From an uncultured archaeon (GTDB lineage: Archaea > Asgardarchaeota > Thorarchaeia > Thorarchaeales > Thorarchaeaceae), in the NCBI GenBank assembly GCA_964473825.1, contig CAYYQL010000002.1:136326-160325 (forward strand): 24,000 nucleotides of DNA. Reading direction: 5' to 3'. Position 1 is the stretch's first letter; every line of letters starts with the position of its first letter. Positions 9,150 through 17,267 of this stretch are shown piece by piece. The position numbers and the translations under genes were made by a program. The notes beneath the pieces are model-generated. The model was not told the DNA's origin. It worked only from the letters and a program-made list of their open reading frames with translations, and ran no database searches.

Positions 9150-12100
9150 TTAGATCATCTCCTTGAGCCTGAGTCTACAGGCAAGTCCCAGCGACATCAT
9201 TTCCTGCAGTAGAAGCTTGAATGCATACGACACGGTGATATTGCTCACCTTAGCGCTGGTACCACAGATGGGGCAGTATGTCATGTCCTTATTCCTATCA
9301 TAGACCCCAATGAGGCCACATTCCTCACAGACAAGCATACTGCTCTTGTCTGATTCGTCCAAAAGGCGGCCCTTGAGAAGGATTGCCGCGCCGTGCCCAA
9401 TCAGTACATCACGCTCCATCTCTCCGAACCTGAGCCCGCCCTCTCGCGCACGCCCCTCTGTGGGTTGTCTTGTAAGGATCTGGACAGGGCCACGAGCGCG
9501 AGCGTGAATCTTGTCAGCCACCATGTGGTGAAGCTTCTGATAATAGATTACACCGACAAAGACATCGGTTGTGAGTTTCTCCCCTGTGATGCCAGAGTAC
9601 ATGGTTTCGCGACCGTTGTACTGGAGACCGTGCCCCTGTAGCTGGTCGAACAGCTCCTGCTCGGTGACACCACAGAACGGGGTAGCATCCTCTTGTTCGC
9701 CCTCCATACAGGCTGCCTTTCCGGCAATCATCTCAAGAATCTGACCGATTGTCATTCGACTTGGGATAGCATGAGGATTGATTATCAGATCGGGAACAAC
9801 TCCATCCTCGGTGAATGGCACGTCTTGTTGGGGTACGACATATCCAATGACACCCTTCTGTCCGTGTCGTGAAGCGTACTTGTCGCCTAGCTCAGGTACT
9901 CGCAAGTCACGTACTTTCACCTTCACAAGACGGTTTCCGTCAATGGTTTCTGTAAGGATGACACTGTCTACAACACCCGATTCGCCATGTCTCACCGCGA
10001 CGGAGGTTTCACGACGGTTTGGTGAAGCAATCTCAAACTCTGAGTATTCTTCAAGGAAGCGTGGGGGAGATGTTCGTCCAATCAGTACATCACCGCCCTG
10101 CACCTCAACCTCAGTTTCGATGATTCCGTCTTCACCAAGATTGCGATATGACTCAGAGGCTCTATAGCCCCGCACGCTGCGTTCAGGAATCTCAAATCGA
10201 TCCTCTTGACCACCAGGGTATTTCCGCTCCTCGCTCTCATATACACGAGCAAAGGTGCTTCTTCCCAGACCTCTTTCGATGGAGGCCTTGTTCATTATGA
10301 GTGCGTCTTCTATGTTGTAACCCTCAAAGGAGAGAATTGCAACAACAAAGTTCTGTCCGGCCGGACGCTCTTCGTAGCCAATGGAATCCATGGCACGAGT
10401 CTTGACAAGCGGTATCTGAGGATAGTGGAAGAAATGGGAACGGGTATCTGCACGATACTTGAAGTTTGAAGCAGGCACGCCCACGGATTGCTTTGCCATT
10501 CCAGCCATGTAGACGTTTCGAGGAGACTGATTTCGCTCAGGGAAAGGAATAAGGGCGGCAGAAATACCAAGAATGGTTGCAGGAACAATCTCAAGGTGCG
10601 TGGTATTAGGTCCGATTTCTTCAGGACCCATTGCAATCAACGCATTTTCTTCTTCTTCTGCGTCAAGAAACTCAACAATCCCGTTCCGCAAGAGGTCTGG
10701 ATAGGCCCATTCGCCATCATCAATCATGCGAAGATGTTCATCTGTCAAACGACTGCGCCCATTCTCTACAACAATCAGTGGCCGACGGACACGTCCGGCA
10801 TCACAGTTCACCTGAACTTCGTGAGTGCCATCGTAATAGGCAATGTTTACCTCTGAGTCTATCTCTCCAGCACGGCGTTTCTGAATCATGGTCTTGGCCA
10901 AGACCTGAGGGGCTGGATGAACACCTACAAGTCTACCGTTGAGAAAGACATCGGCCCATTTCGAGTCCCTCTTGCCTTTGAGCTCCTCGATGGGCTCTAC
11001 CTCTGCATTGAGCATTGTCCGCTCCACAGCCTCTTCGTCTGTTCCCACGGAGATGTAGGCCATCATTGCTATGTTCTTTACAAGACCACAGTTTGGTCCT
11101 TCAGGTGTTTCATTAGGACATATCTTTCCCCAGTGGGTCGAGTGAAGGTCTCTGGCCTCAAAGTGAGGTTGTGACCTGGACAACGGTGAAACAACCCTTC
11201 GCAGGTGAGAGAGTGATGATATGTAGTTGGTGCGATCTAGTAGTTGGGATACGCCCGCCTTTCCGCCAACCCAATTACCTGTAGCAAGAGCATGTTTCAA
11301 GCGCTGGGTAATGACATCGGCACGGACAGCAGTTCTGATGTTCGGTTTCCGACCGCGAACTGCCGTACGTTCAAGCTGGTACTTGATGTCCCTTGTCAGA
11401 GAATAGAGAGCGACTCTGAATAATGACATCAGTAAATCGCCAGAGAGCTTCAGTCGCTTGTTTGCATAATGGTCCTTGTCGTCTGGCTGTCTCTTGTTGA
11501 GTACAAGCTGAAGAAGTCTCTCCACCATCTGACCAAGATAGTATGCCTTCTTGAGGCGATGGTCTTCTTCTGTGCCAACGTGAGGCAGAAGATATCGATC
11601 CAAGACTTTCTCGGCTCTGGCTAAACGATAGTCCTTCGTCTGGCCCACTGCAACTCGTTTACCGAGAAAATCGAGTGCGTTCTCAAGGGTTGAACCCTCC
11701 TCATCGTCCATTTTGACATTGATTGGTTGAGCTTGTTCAATTGTTACAATCAGTTCATTGCGAATCTCATCATCATCTGAGATTACATCAACAATCTCCC
11801 TATCGGACTCTAGACCCAATGCTTTCATCAGGATTGCTAGGGGTATCTTGCCTGGGACAGATGGAAATGATACACGAAGCTCTCCGGTCTTCTTTCTCTC
11901 AATGGTGACAGGTGCACGGAAACCACGAGAAGTTGAGAATACTTTACCGACGTGCGTGTAACTGGAACTCTTACTGGCCTCTTCAATCAGGATTCTGTTG
12001 GGGGCAAGATCTTCTTGGGTGACAAGAACTCGTTCAGATCCATTGATGATGAAATAGCCACCCGGATCTTTCGGGTCTTCGCCGTGCTGGATGAGCTCCT

Positions 12101-12515
12101 CATCCGACATTCCATGAAGGAGACACTTCTCGCTACGAAGCATGATTGGCAAATCACCAATGTATATCCGAAGCGTTTCCATTCGGGTAGTAGATGAGTC
12201 TTCTTTTCTGACAGGAGTCATGTGAAGATACAGCTTGCTAGCGTAGGTCAAATTCCGAATACGTGCCTCATTGGGATAGAGAGGGTGTTCACTGCCGTCT
12301 GCCTCGCGGACTGAAGGACTCTCAATCTCAATATCTCCCAGATCTACATAGTAGCCTTCCACTTTCGGATTCAACCGAGCAACACTATCAACTACATCCT
12401 TCAATTCGTGCTTCACGAATCGATTGAATGAATCGAGATGCTGCCCAACTAAACCTCTGTCTCTGAAATACGCTTCAATTACTGGCCAATACTTTTGGCG
12501 CTCTTCGACACCCAA
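9150..12515 (-). CDS. rpoB: DNA-directed RNA polymerase subunit B (unsplit, 1121 aa)
   Basis: ..SRHGQKGV.., ..PFTEDGVVPDLIINPHAIPSRMTIGQ.., ..GGLRFGEMERD.. and the C-terminal CxxC..CxxC Zn ribbon. TTG start at 12515 with GGTGA upstream. Confidence 0.98.
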   Translation of the reverse strand: MGVEERQKYWPVIEAYFRDRGLVGQHLDSFNRFVKHELKDVVDSVARLNPKVEGYYVDLGDIEIESPSVREADGSEHPLYPNEARIRNLTYASKLYLHMTPVRKEDSSTTRMETLRIYIGDLPIMLRSEKCLLHGMSDEELIQHGEDPKDPGGYFIINGSERVLVTQEDLAPNRILIEEASKSSSYTHVGKVFSTSRGFRAPVTIERKKTGELRVSFPSVPGKIPLAILMKALGLESDREIVDVISDDDEIRNELIVTIEQAQPINVKMDDEEGSTLENALDFLGKRVAVGQTKDYRLARAEKVLDRYLLPHVGTEEDHRLKKAYYLGQMVERLLQLVLNKRQPDDKDHYANKRLKLSGDLLMSLFRVALYSLTRDIKYQLERTAVRGRKPNIRTAVRADVITQRLKHALATGNWVGGKAGVSQLLDRTNYISSLSHLRRVVSPLSRSQPHFEARDLHSTHWGKICPNETPEGPNCGLVKNIAMMAYISVGTDEEAVERTMLNAEVEPIEELKGKRDSKWADVFLNGRLVGVHPAPQVLAKTMIQKRRAGEIDSEVNIAYYDGTHEVQVNCDAGRVRRPLIVVENGRSRLTDEHLRMIDDGEWAYPDLLRNGIVEFLDAEEEENALIAMGPEEIGPNTTHLEIVPATILGISAALIPFPERNQSPRNVYMAGMAKQSVGVPASNFKYRADTRSHFFHYPQIPLVKTRAMDSIGYEERPAGQNFVVAILSFEGYNIEDALIMNKASIERGLGRSTFARVYESEERKYPGGQEDRFEIPERSVRGYRASESYRNLGEDGIIETEVEVQGGDVLIGRTSPPRFLEEYSEFEIASPNRRETSVAVRHGESGVVDSVILTETIDGNRLVKVKVRDLRVPELGDKYASRHGQKGVIGYVVPQQDVPFTEDGVVPDLIINPHAIPSRMTIGQILEMIAGKAACMEGEQEDATPFCGVTEQELFDQLQGHGLQYNGRETMYSGITGEKLTTDVFVGVIYYQKLHHMVADKIHARARGPVQILTRQPTEGRAREGGLRFGEMERDVLIGHGAAILLKGRLLDESDKSSMLVCEECGLIGVYDRNKDMTYCPICGTSAKVSNITVSYAFKLLLQEMMSLGLACRLRLKEMI

Positions 12516-12595
12516 CTTGTCACCACACCCTGATGGAGGACGGGGAAACTACTGCGAGCATGGATGCTTCCCAACGCATGAACCCAGAGAAATCC

Positions 12596-12664
12596 GAGCT
12601 CGTCATATACCGCAATAGCCGCCCCGTTTGTTTCGCTCTTGCAGATCCCGATTCTAATCCTGTA
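12596..12664 (-). pseudogene. Possible 3' relic of rpoH (RNAP subunit H / Rpb5 C-terminal domain), with no start codon
   Basis: This frame reads YRIRIGICKSETNGAAIAVYDEL. Compare the Rpb5/RpoH C-terminal signature ..IiRKSETaGr..tYRlV. The frame opens only after a TGA inside tRNA-Lys, has no initiator codon, and runs on 45 codons into rpoB. The call rests on motif memory only. Confidence 0.3.
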
Positions 12665-12670
12665 GGACTG

Positions 12671-12747
12671 TGGCGGGCTCGGCGGGATTTGAACCCGCGG
12701 CCGTCAGGTTAAAAGCCTGCTGCGCTACCTAGCTGCGCCACGAGCCC
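12671..12747 (-). tRNA. tRNA-Lys (anticodon UUU), 77 nt with genomically encoded CCA, no intron
   Basis: Hand-folded: GGGCTCG/CGAGCCC acceptor, GCGC/GCGC D stem, anticodon loop CTTTTAA, GCGGG-TTCAAAT-CCCGC T arm, discriminator G, CCA. There is one G-A mismatch at 27:43. Confidence 0.92.
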
Positions 12748-13117
12748 GAACATCGATGCTTACCATATCGTGGCTCGTGCACCCAGAGTTCATGTAGAAT
12801 CATGTCTTGCCTGCACTGTCAGTTATGGTCATGCATGGATGGGAAGCAGTACCTGCCTGAGCACCCGACGAAAATTTTGTGAGCATAAAAGGATTGCGAT
12901 AAAACGAAGATATGGTCTATCAACTAGCGGGGCTATAAGAAAACAAGCCGAGAAATATATGGGATACTGTCTGTAAAAAGCTTATGCTGCTGTTATCAAC
13001 TCAGGCTAGTGATGCCTTGAAGGAGATCTAGACTGAGCTATGTCCGACAACTTTAATAGATTAACAAGAATCGAGCGAATCGGCTCGTCAGTCCAAGGGG
13101 ATTGAGGGCTGAATTGG

Positions 13118-13225
13118 GCCCCTGTAGTGTAGTTCGGCCTAGCATCCGAGACTGTCAAGCTTTGACGCTTGATGTCTTGGAGCAGACCTCTCGGGACCCG
13201 GGTTCGAATCCCGGCGGGGGCGCCA
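13118..13225 (+). tRNA. tRNA-Asp (anticodon GUC) with a ~30-nt intron at the canonical 37/38 position (about 13158..13187); encoded CCA
   Basis: Hand-folded: acceptor GCCCCTG/CGGGGGC (one G-U), anticodon stem CGAGA ... TCTCG interrupted after CTGTCA, T arm CCGGG-TTCGAAT-CCCGG, and an oligo-T-rich trailer (CTTTCTTTT). Intron borders are +/-2 nt. Confidence 0.9.
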
Positions 13226-13441
13226 CTTTCTTTTGACAAATAGTATTGTGATTCCGCCAAGGCACTGAGTTTGCCTTGTTGAGATTATGCTTTCACGTAT
13301 TTCGCGTCTGTTCGAGCACAGTCTTGCTGAGAAACAACCTCTCTTGAAAGCTCTCGAGGAGTTTAATCTGGAATGGTAGCAATAGGATTGTTGAAATGGA
13401 CGGCATATACCTTACCGGGTACAATGTTGTTCCAGTGGTGA

Positions 13442-14443
13442 GTGATGATTACAACTGATTTTCTTAGTTCCTGCTACAAGGCAATGATACAGCAAGAGCA
13501 GTCAATTCCAAGAACCTTGAGGAACGTTCGGGAAGGACAAGAGGATATTCTGAGAAATGCGGACAGAGTGATTCTGACGGGTGCAGGAGACTCATTAGCA
13601 GTGGCAGAATACGGTGCATTGTTATTGCAAGAACTGGGTATTCATGCCATTGCTTTGACGCCACCAGTCGTCAATAGATTGCCAATCTCTACAGGAGATC
13701 TCCTCGTTGGAATCACAGCATCAGGCAGAAGTCTTTCCACTATTGATGCATTAGAGTATGCTAGGGAAAAACGAGTCACATCTGTAGTCTTGACAGACAA
13801 TCCAGATGGAAGCGCTGCAAATCTCGCAGAAACAGTATGGACTACAGTTTCAGGAGTTGATACATACGATATCATTCCAACAGCACCTACAACGACAGCA
13901 ATGGCCTTCCTGCTGGCTCTTGGTTCACGATTGGATGACAGATTGGACCAAGGAATCGAGAAATTACTTGAATACCTGCCATCAATGATGGATTGGGCGG
14001 AATCTAGGGGAAAAGAGATTGCAGGAAGAATAAGATTGGATGGCATAGTGTGTCTCCTCTCAGAGGGAGCAAATATGGTAGCTGCACATATAGGGATGAT
14101 GAAACTGAATGAGAGCGCACTTGTTCGGGGAGTTGTGGTGCTTCGTGAAGAGTTCGAGCATCATGGCAACCTACCAGCCCGAGAAGAGGACTTCGTAATC
14201 CTAATCAGTGACACGCTGAATAACGAGAAGGATTTCCAGTATATGCAAGTGCTCACTGAACGCATTGAACTCCAAGCCTATAACCTACATTTGCCTGAAA
14301 GATACCAGATAGCGGAGCCAACAGTTCAGGCCTTGGGTAATACAATTGCCATGCAGATGATGGGATATTATCTGATTCTCGAACATAATCGCTCAATGGA
14401 GTGGTTCAGAATGCCTAACGCAAAAGCATTCAGAATCTATTGA
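13442..14443 (+). CDS. SIS-domain sugar-phosphate isomerase/deaminase-like protein (GlmS C-terminal / AgaS / FrlB-like)
   Basis: ..RVILTGAGDSLAVAEYGALLL.. and ..DLLVGITASGRSLSTIDALEYAREKRVTSVVLTDNPDS.. are typical SIS phosphosugar-binding motifs. Start is GTG-ATG with GGTGA upstream. Confidence 0.85.
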   Translation: MMITTDFLSSCYKAMIQQEQSIPRTLRNVREGQEDILRNADRVILTGAGDSLAVAEYGALLLQELGIHAIALTPPVVNRLPISTGDLLVGITASGRSLSTIDALEYAREKRVTSVVLTDNPDGSAANLAETVWTTVSGVDTYDIIPTAPTTTAMAFLLALGSRLDDRLDQGIEKLLEYLPSMMDWAESRGKEIAGRIRLDGIVCLLSEGANMVAAHIGMMKLNESALVRGVVVLREEFEHHGNLPAREEDFVILISDTLNNEKDFQYMQVLTERIELQAYNLHLPERYQIAEPTVQALGNTIAMQMMGYYLILEHNRSMEWFRMPNAKAFRIY

Positions 14444-14504
14444 TCTTCATTGGGACTTGCGATAAGGCAAAAGGTAACATGTCCTTGCGTGCCTAGATAC
14501 ACAG

Positions 14505-15479
14505 ATGAAAGTGATTGAGATACTCTCGAGGATAGACGACCCTTCTAAGCGCGGAGAGGTTGCAGATTATATCAATAACCACGAGAGTGCGTTCTCCGAA
14601 CTGATTGATAAGGCATTCTCGGACTCGCCTGATGAGATGAAGGAGACGAGGAGGCGACTGCTTGATCTTGTGGATCTACTGAATCAACGGATTGCAACAG
14701 AGATTATCGAACATGCAATATCCAGTACAGATACCAATACCAGAATAAAAGGGCTGAAAGCGGCCTATAGAAACATGGTAGACGTACTGAATGATGAACT
14801 TCTAAGTATGCTTGACAACAGAAACTCCAACTTCGAAGCCCGGAAGTGGATTGTTCACATTCTAGCTACAACAGATTCTGGGACCTTTGGCCGTAGCCTT
14901 AGGGCCTTGGCAAGAAACCACGATGAAACCGTTGAAATTCGCAAAGAGGCAATCTTTGCGTTGACCAATGTTGCTGATGATGAAAGCTTAGGGATCCTGT
15001 GTGCAGTCTTGGGTGATAGCGACGTAGAGATTCGTCGATCAGGAGCTTGGGCATTGAGCAAGATTGGTGACAGGAGTACTATCAACTGTCTTTTTGCAGC
15101 ACTTGAAGATCAGGACCCCGATGTCAGGGACTGGGCCATCCGTGCACTACGCGACATGGATGATGCAAGAGCGCTTCAAGGACTGGCCGACGCACTTCAC
15201 AGCGTGGCACCCGAGGAGCAGATTCGGATGATACGGCTAGTTGTTGAGAAACGTTCAGAGATTATTCTTCGTGCAATTGCTGAGCTCCTCAGTTCGCCTA
15301 ATACAGAAGTCCGACGAGTCGCAGCATGGGCGATGGGAGTATCTCCTTATCCGCCAGCTGCAGGAAGTCTTGAAACTCTATTGAGTGACCAGGATGAACA
15401 GACGAGATATTATGCTAGGACGGCATTGCAGCGCTTAGGCACCGTAGAATACTCTGACTTTGGCTCGTTCCTTGAATAA
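14505..15479 (+). CDS. HEAT-repeat (PBS-lyase-type) protein
   Basis: Repeated ..D.D..VR..A..AL..(I/M)GD..A...L...L.D.. units, for example EIRRSGAWALSKIGDRSTINCLFAALEDQDPDVRDWAIRALRDMDD. Confidence 0.85.
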   Translation: MKVIEILSRIDDPSKRGEVADYINNHESAFSELIDKAFSDSPDEMKETRRRLLDLVDLLNQRIATEIIEHAISSTDTNTRIKGLKAAYRNMVDVLNDELLSMLDNRNSNFEARKWIVHILATTDSGTFGRSLRALARNHDETVEIRKEAIFALTNVADDESLGILCAVLGDSDVEIRRSGAWALSKIGDRSTINCLFAALEDQDPDVRDWAIRALRDMDDARALQGLADALHSVAPEEQIRMIRLVVEKRSEIILRAIAELLSSPNTEVRRVAAWAMGVSPYPPAAGSLETLLSDQDEQTRYYARTALQRLGTVEYSDFGSFLE

Positions 15480-16235
15480 TCACATCATTCCTCTATACAG
15501 ACCGCCATCTATGAGCAGCAAGGTTCCATGGATATAACTTGAAACGGGGCTCAAGAGGAATGCACTCGCTCTTCCAAATTCCTTGGGTGTCCCCATTCTT
15601 CCCAGTGGAATACGTGATATGATTTCACCCTTTGAAGAAGAGTCATCCGAGAGTAGCTCATCAACACGATCGGTCAAAATCCAGCCCGGGCAGATTGCAT
15701 TGACTCTCATACCAGTGGGTCCGATTTCATCCGCAAGAGTGCGCATCATGCCAATGACCGCTGAACGGAGTGAATTGGAGAGCATAAGGTTCTCGATGGG
15801 CTGTTTCACCGAGATTGAAGTACTGTACAGAATAGAGGGAGAATCGGCGTTCCGAAGAAGAGGGAGAGCCTCTCGGGTTAAACGTACAGCACTCATCAGC
15901 GTCAGGTTATATGCTCTCAGCCACTGTTCTTCCGACAGATCGGAGAATGAACCAGGTGGAGGGCCTCCTGCATTGACAAAGAGGCCATCAATATGATCCG
16001 TGATGGCTGCTACATCGACAAGCAGAGCCGTGATATCTTCCTCTTGTGATAAATCGCAGACGAAGAAACGAGATAGATTTCCAAGGGAGCTGGTGGCAGA
16101 CTTCAGAGCCGCTTTCTGGCGGCTACAGATTATAACGCTGGCGCCCTCCCCTACTAGTGCCTCTGCGACGCCATAACCAAGCCCTCGAGAAGCGGCGGTC
16201 ACTAAGAAGGTCTTTCCCTCTAGTCTAAGGTCCAT
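15480..16235 (-). CDS. Short-chain dehydrogenase/reductase (SDR) family oxidoreductase
   Basis: N-terminal TAASRGLGYGVAEAL is the TGxxxGxG-type cofactor motif, with NAGG and a YSTS...K-type active-site region. The 251-aa length is typical. GGTGAT SD lies upstream of the ATG at 16235. Confidence 0.92.
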   Translation of the reverse strand: MDLRLEGKTFLVTAASRGLGYGVAEALVGEGASVIICSRQKAALKSATSSLGNLSRFFVCDLSQEEDITALLVDVAAITDHIDGLFVNAGGPPPGSFSDLSEEQWLRAYNLTLMSAVRLTREALPLLRNADSPSILYSTSISVKQPIENLMLSNSLRSAVIGMMRTLADEIGPTGMRVNAICPGWILTDRVDELLSDDSSSKGEIISRIPLGRMGTPKEFGRASAFLLSPVSSYIHGTLLLIDGGLYRGMM

Positions 16236-16292
16236 GATGAATTGATCACCATCAGACAGAATTGAGATGGAGCTATTTCACTGCTCCGAAAC

Positions 16293-16580
16293 TTAACCCC
16301 CCACTTCGTTTCGTTCCGATTCTGTGCGGGCGCCCATCACCACTTCAAGATGGACAAAGGCAGCACTAAGTCTTCGGAAGGAGTTCTCCACCTGAAAATG
16401 ACCAATACCCATCGAATTCAGCGCCTTCTTGATCTTTCGTGGGGTCAACCGTTTGTTATCTCTGGATCCAAATGCTAGGAGAACTCGTGTTTCATTGACA
16501 TCTGGCATTTGACATACTGAGTGACACTCAATGCCCTTCTCCTTGAGTCCGCTCTTTATGGTAGAAACGATTGCTGTCAT
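16293..16580 (-). CDS. Hypothetical protein (95 aa from the ATG at 16580)
   Basis: Track ORF 16293..16595. It is on the same strand as the SDR gene, 57 nt upstream of it. No motif recognised. Confidence 0.5.
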   Translation of the reverse strand: MTAIVSTIKSGLKEKGIECHSVCQMPDVNETRVLLAFGSRDNKRLTPRKIKKALNSMGIGHFQVENSFRRLSAAFVHLEVVMGARTESERNEVGG

Positions 16581-16734
16581 TGTGTCTGTCAACAAGAATT
16601 ATGTTCCTGATTGGAGTACTAAAAGACCCGTAATATGCAAGTATTACCGTGTAGTTCGCGCGAAATACGTACAGAACGACACTCCTACTGGAGATGACGG
16701 TGACGATAGGGACGTGTACCTCCAAACGATGCAA
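16528..16734 (-). CDS. Hypothetical 68-aa ORF, or the 5' part of a frameshifted gene continuing in 16293..16580
   Basis: It overlaps the next ORF by 53-68 nt in a different frame. A TATA-like TTTATATT lies at ~16765..16772 upstream. The sequence is beta-strand-rich with no recognised motif. Confidence 0.3.
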   Translation of the reverse strand: MHRLEVHVPIVTVISSRSVVLYVFRANYTVILAYYGSFSTPIRNIILVDRHNDSNRFYHKERTQGEGH

Positions 16735-16872
16735 TCCGCCGTAGTCATCGGTTCATTAACAATATAAAACTCTGGACATATCTGGGTCGAGGATACATGG
16801 CACCTCAAGTTCCCAAGCATGTTCTGCCTGAACTGCTTCCTTTCTATTATTCCCGAAACGGACAACCGAAAA

Positions 16873-16949
16873 TGGTCGGAGCGGCCGGATTTGAACCGGC
16901 AACCGATGGATCTACAGTCCATTGCTCTGCCAGGTTGAGCTACGCTCCG
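16873..16949 (-). tRNA. tRNA-Tyr (anticodon GUA), 77 nt with encoded CCA and the archaeal/eukaryal C1-G72 identity pair
   Basis: Hand-folded: CGGAGCG/CGCTCCG acceptor, GCTC/GAGC D stem, ATGGA-CTGTAGA-TCCAT anticodon arm, GCCGG-TTCAAAT-CCGGC T arm, discriminator A, CCA followed by TTTT. Confidence 0.93.
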
Positions 16950-16974
16950 CAAGGGGGGAGCACAGCGATTTTCC

Positions 16975-16980
16975 TTTAAA
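16975..16980. promoter_or_regulatory. Palindromic TATA element TTTAAA, ~28 nt upstream of the tRNA-Tyr 5' end; could also fire rightwards toward the sORF and methylase
   Basis: Spacing to the tRNA 5' end fits an archaeal TATA-to-TSS distance. Bidirectional use is speculation. Confidence 0.35.
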
Positions 16981-17077
16981 GATTTCCCATTGAGTGCATC
17001 GGAAATTTCTCCTGGGTTTGTTTGTTCATAGCCATAATGATCTCACGATTCGACTTTACGAGGGGGAGGAATACAAT

Positions 17078-17236
17078 ATGAAATCTGCTCCGATGACATT
17101 GAGATTCTCGGAGATAGATGGACAATCCCGGTTCTGTACGTGCCTTAACTTTATAGAGGATGACTATCGAAACAACAAGAAGAGTAGACGAATTGCCCTT
17201 GTTTCTCGGAACCTTGAAAGGGCTTGGGGTCCTTGA
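17078..17236 (+). CDS. Small ORF (52 aa): MKSAPMTLRFSEIDGQSRFCTCLNFIEDDYRNNKKSRRIALVSRNLERAWGP, immediately upstream of the methylase
   Basis: A strong SD (AGGGGGAGGA, 17061..17070) lies 7 nt before the ATG at 17078. The ORF ends 5 nt before the methylase reading frame opens. No homology recognised. The track's longer GTG version (16994) probably starts upstream of the transcription start. Confidence 0.45.
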   Translation: MKSAPMTLRFSEIDGQSRFCTCLNFIEDDYRNNKKSRRIALVSRNLERAWGP

Positions 17237-17267
17237 CTGAGATGACATACAACAAGGAGGTCCGAAC

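Noticed and set aside
12671-12700. 'RPRVQIP' translation resembling the Rpb5/RpoH 'LPRIQ' motif at about the right distance from the KSET relic
   Set aside because: These codons are the universally conserved T arm (GCGGGTTCAAATCCCGC) of tRNA-Lys. The resemblance is therefore dictated by tRNA sequence and cannot count as evidence for rpoH ancestry.
12770-12976. 68-aa plus-strand ORF, and a minus-strand 'LIDHIFV..' frame, in the inter-tRNA spacer
   Set aside because: No SD, no motifs, and interrupted by stops. The DHIFV similarity to the RpoH N-terminus is too short to support anything.
13005-13040. Possible C/D-box sRNA (GTGATGC ... CTGA); also CTGATGA on the minus strand at ~1935..1950
   Set aside because: The C box is imperfect, and there is no matching C'/D' or terminal D box at appropriate spacing and no terminal stem.
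13006-13260. 84-aa minus-strand ORF
   Set aside because: It lies directly antisense over the tRNA-Asp gene, and its translation (..GIRTRVPRG..) is the typical tRNA-antisense artefact.
16644-16979. 102-aa minus-strand and 60-aa plus-strand ORFs
   Set aside because: Both run through the tRNA-Tyr gene (..GFEPATDGS.. is a translated T arm). They are not protein-coding.
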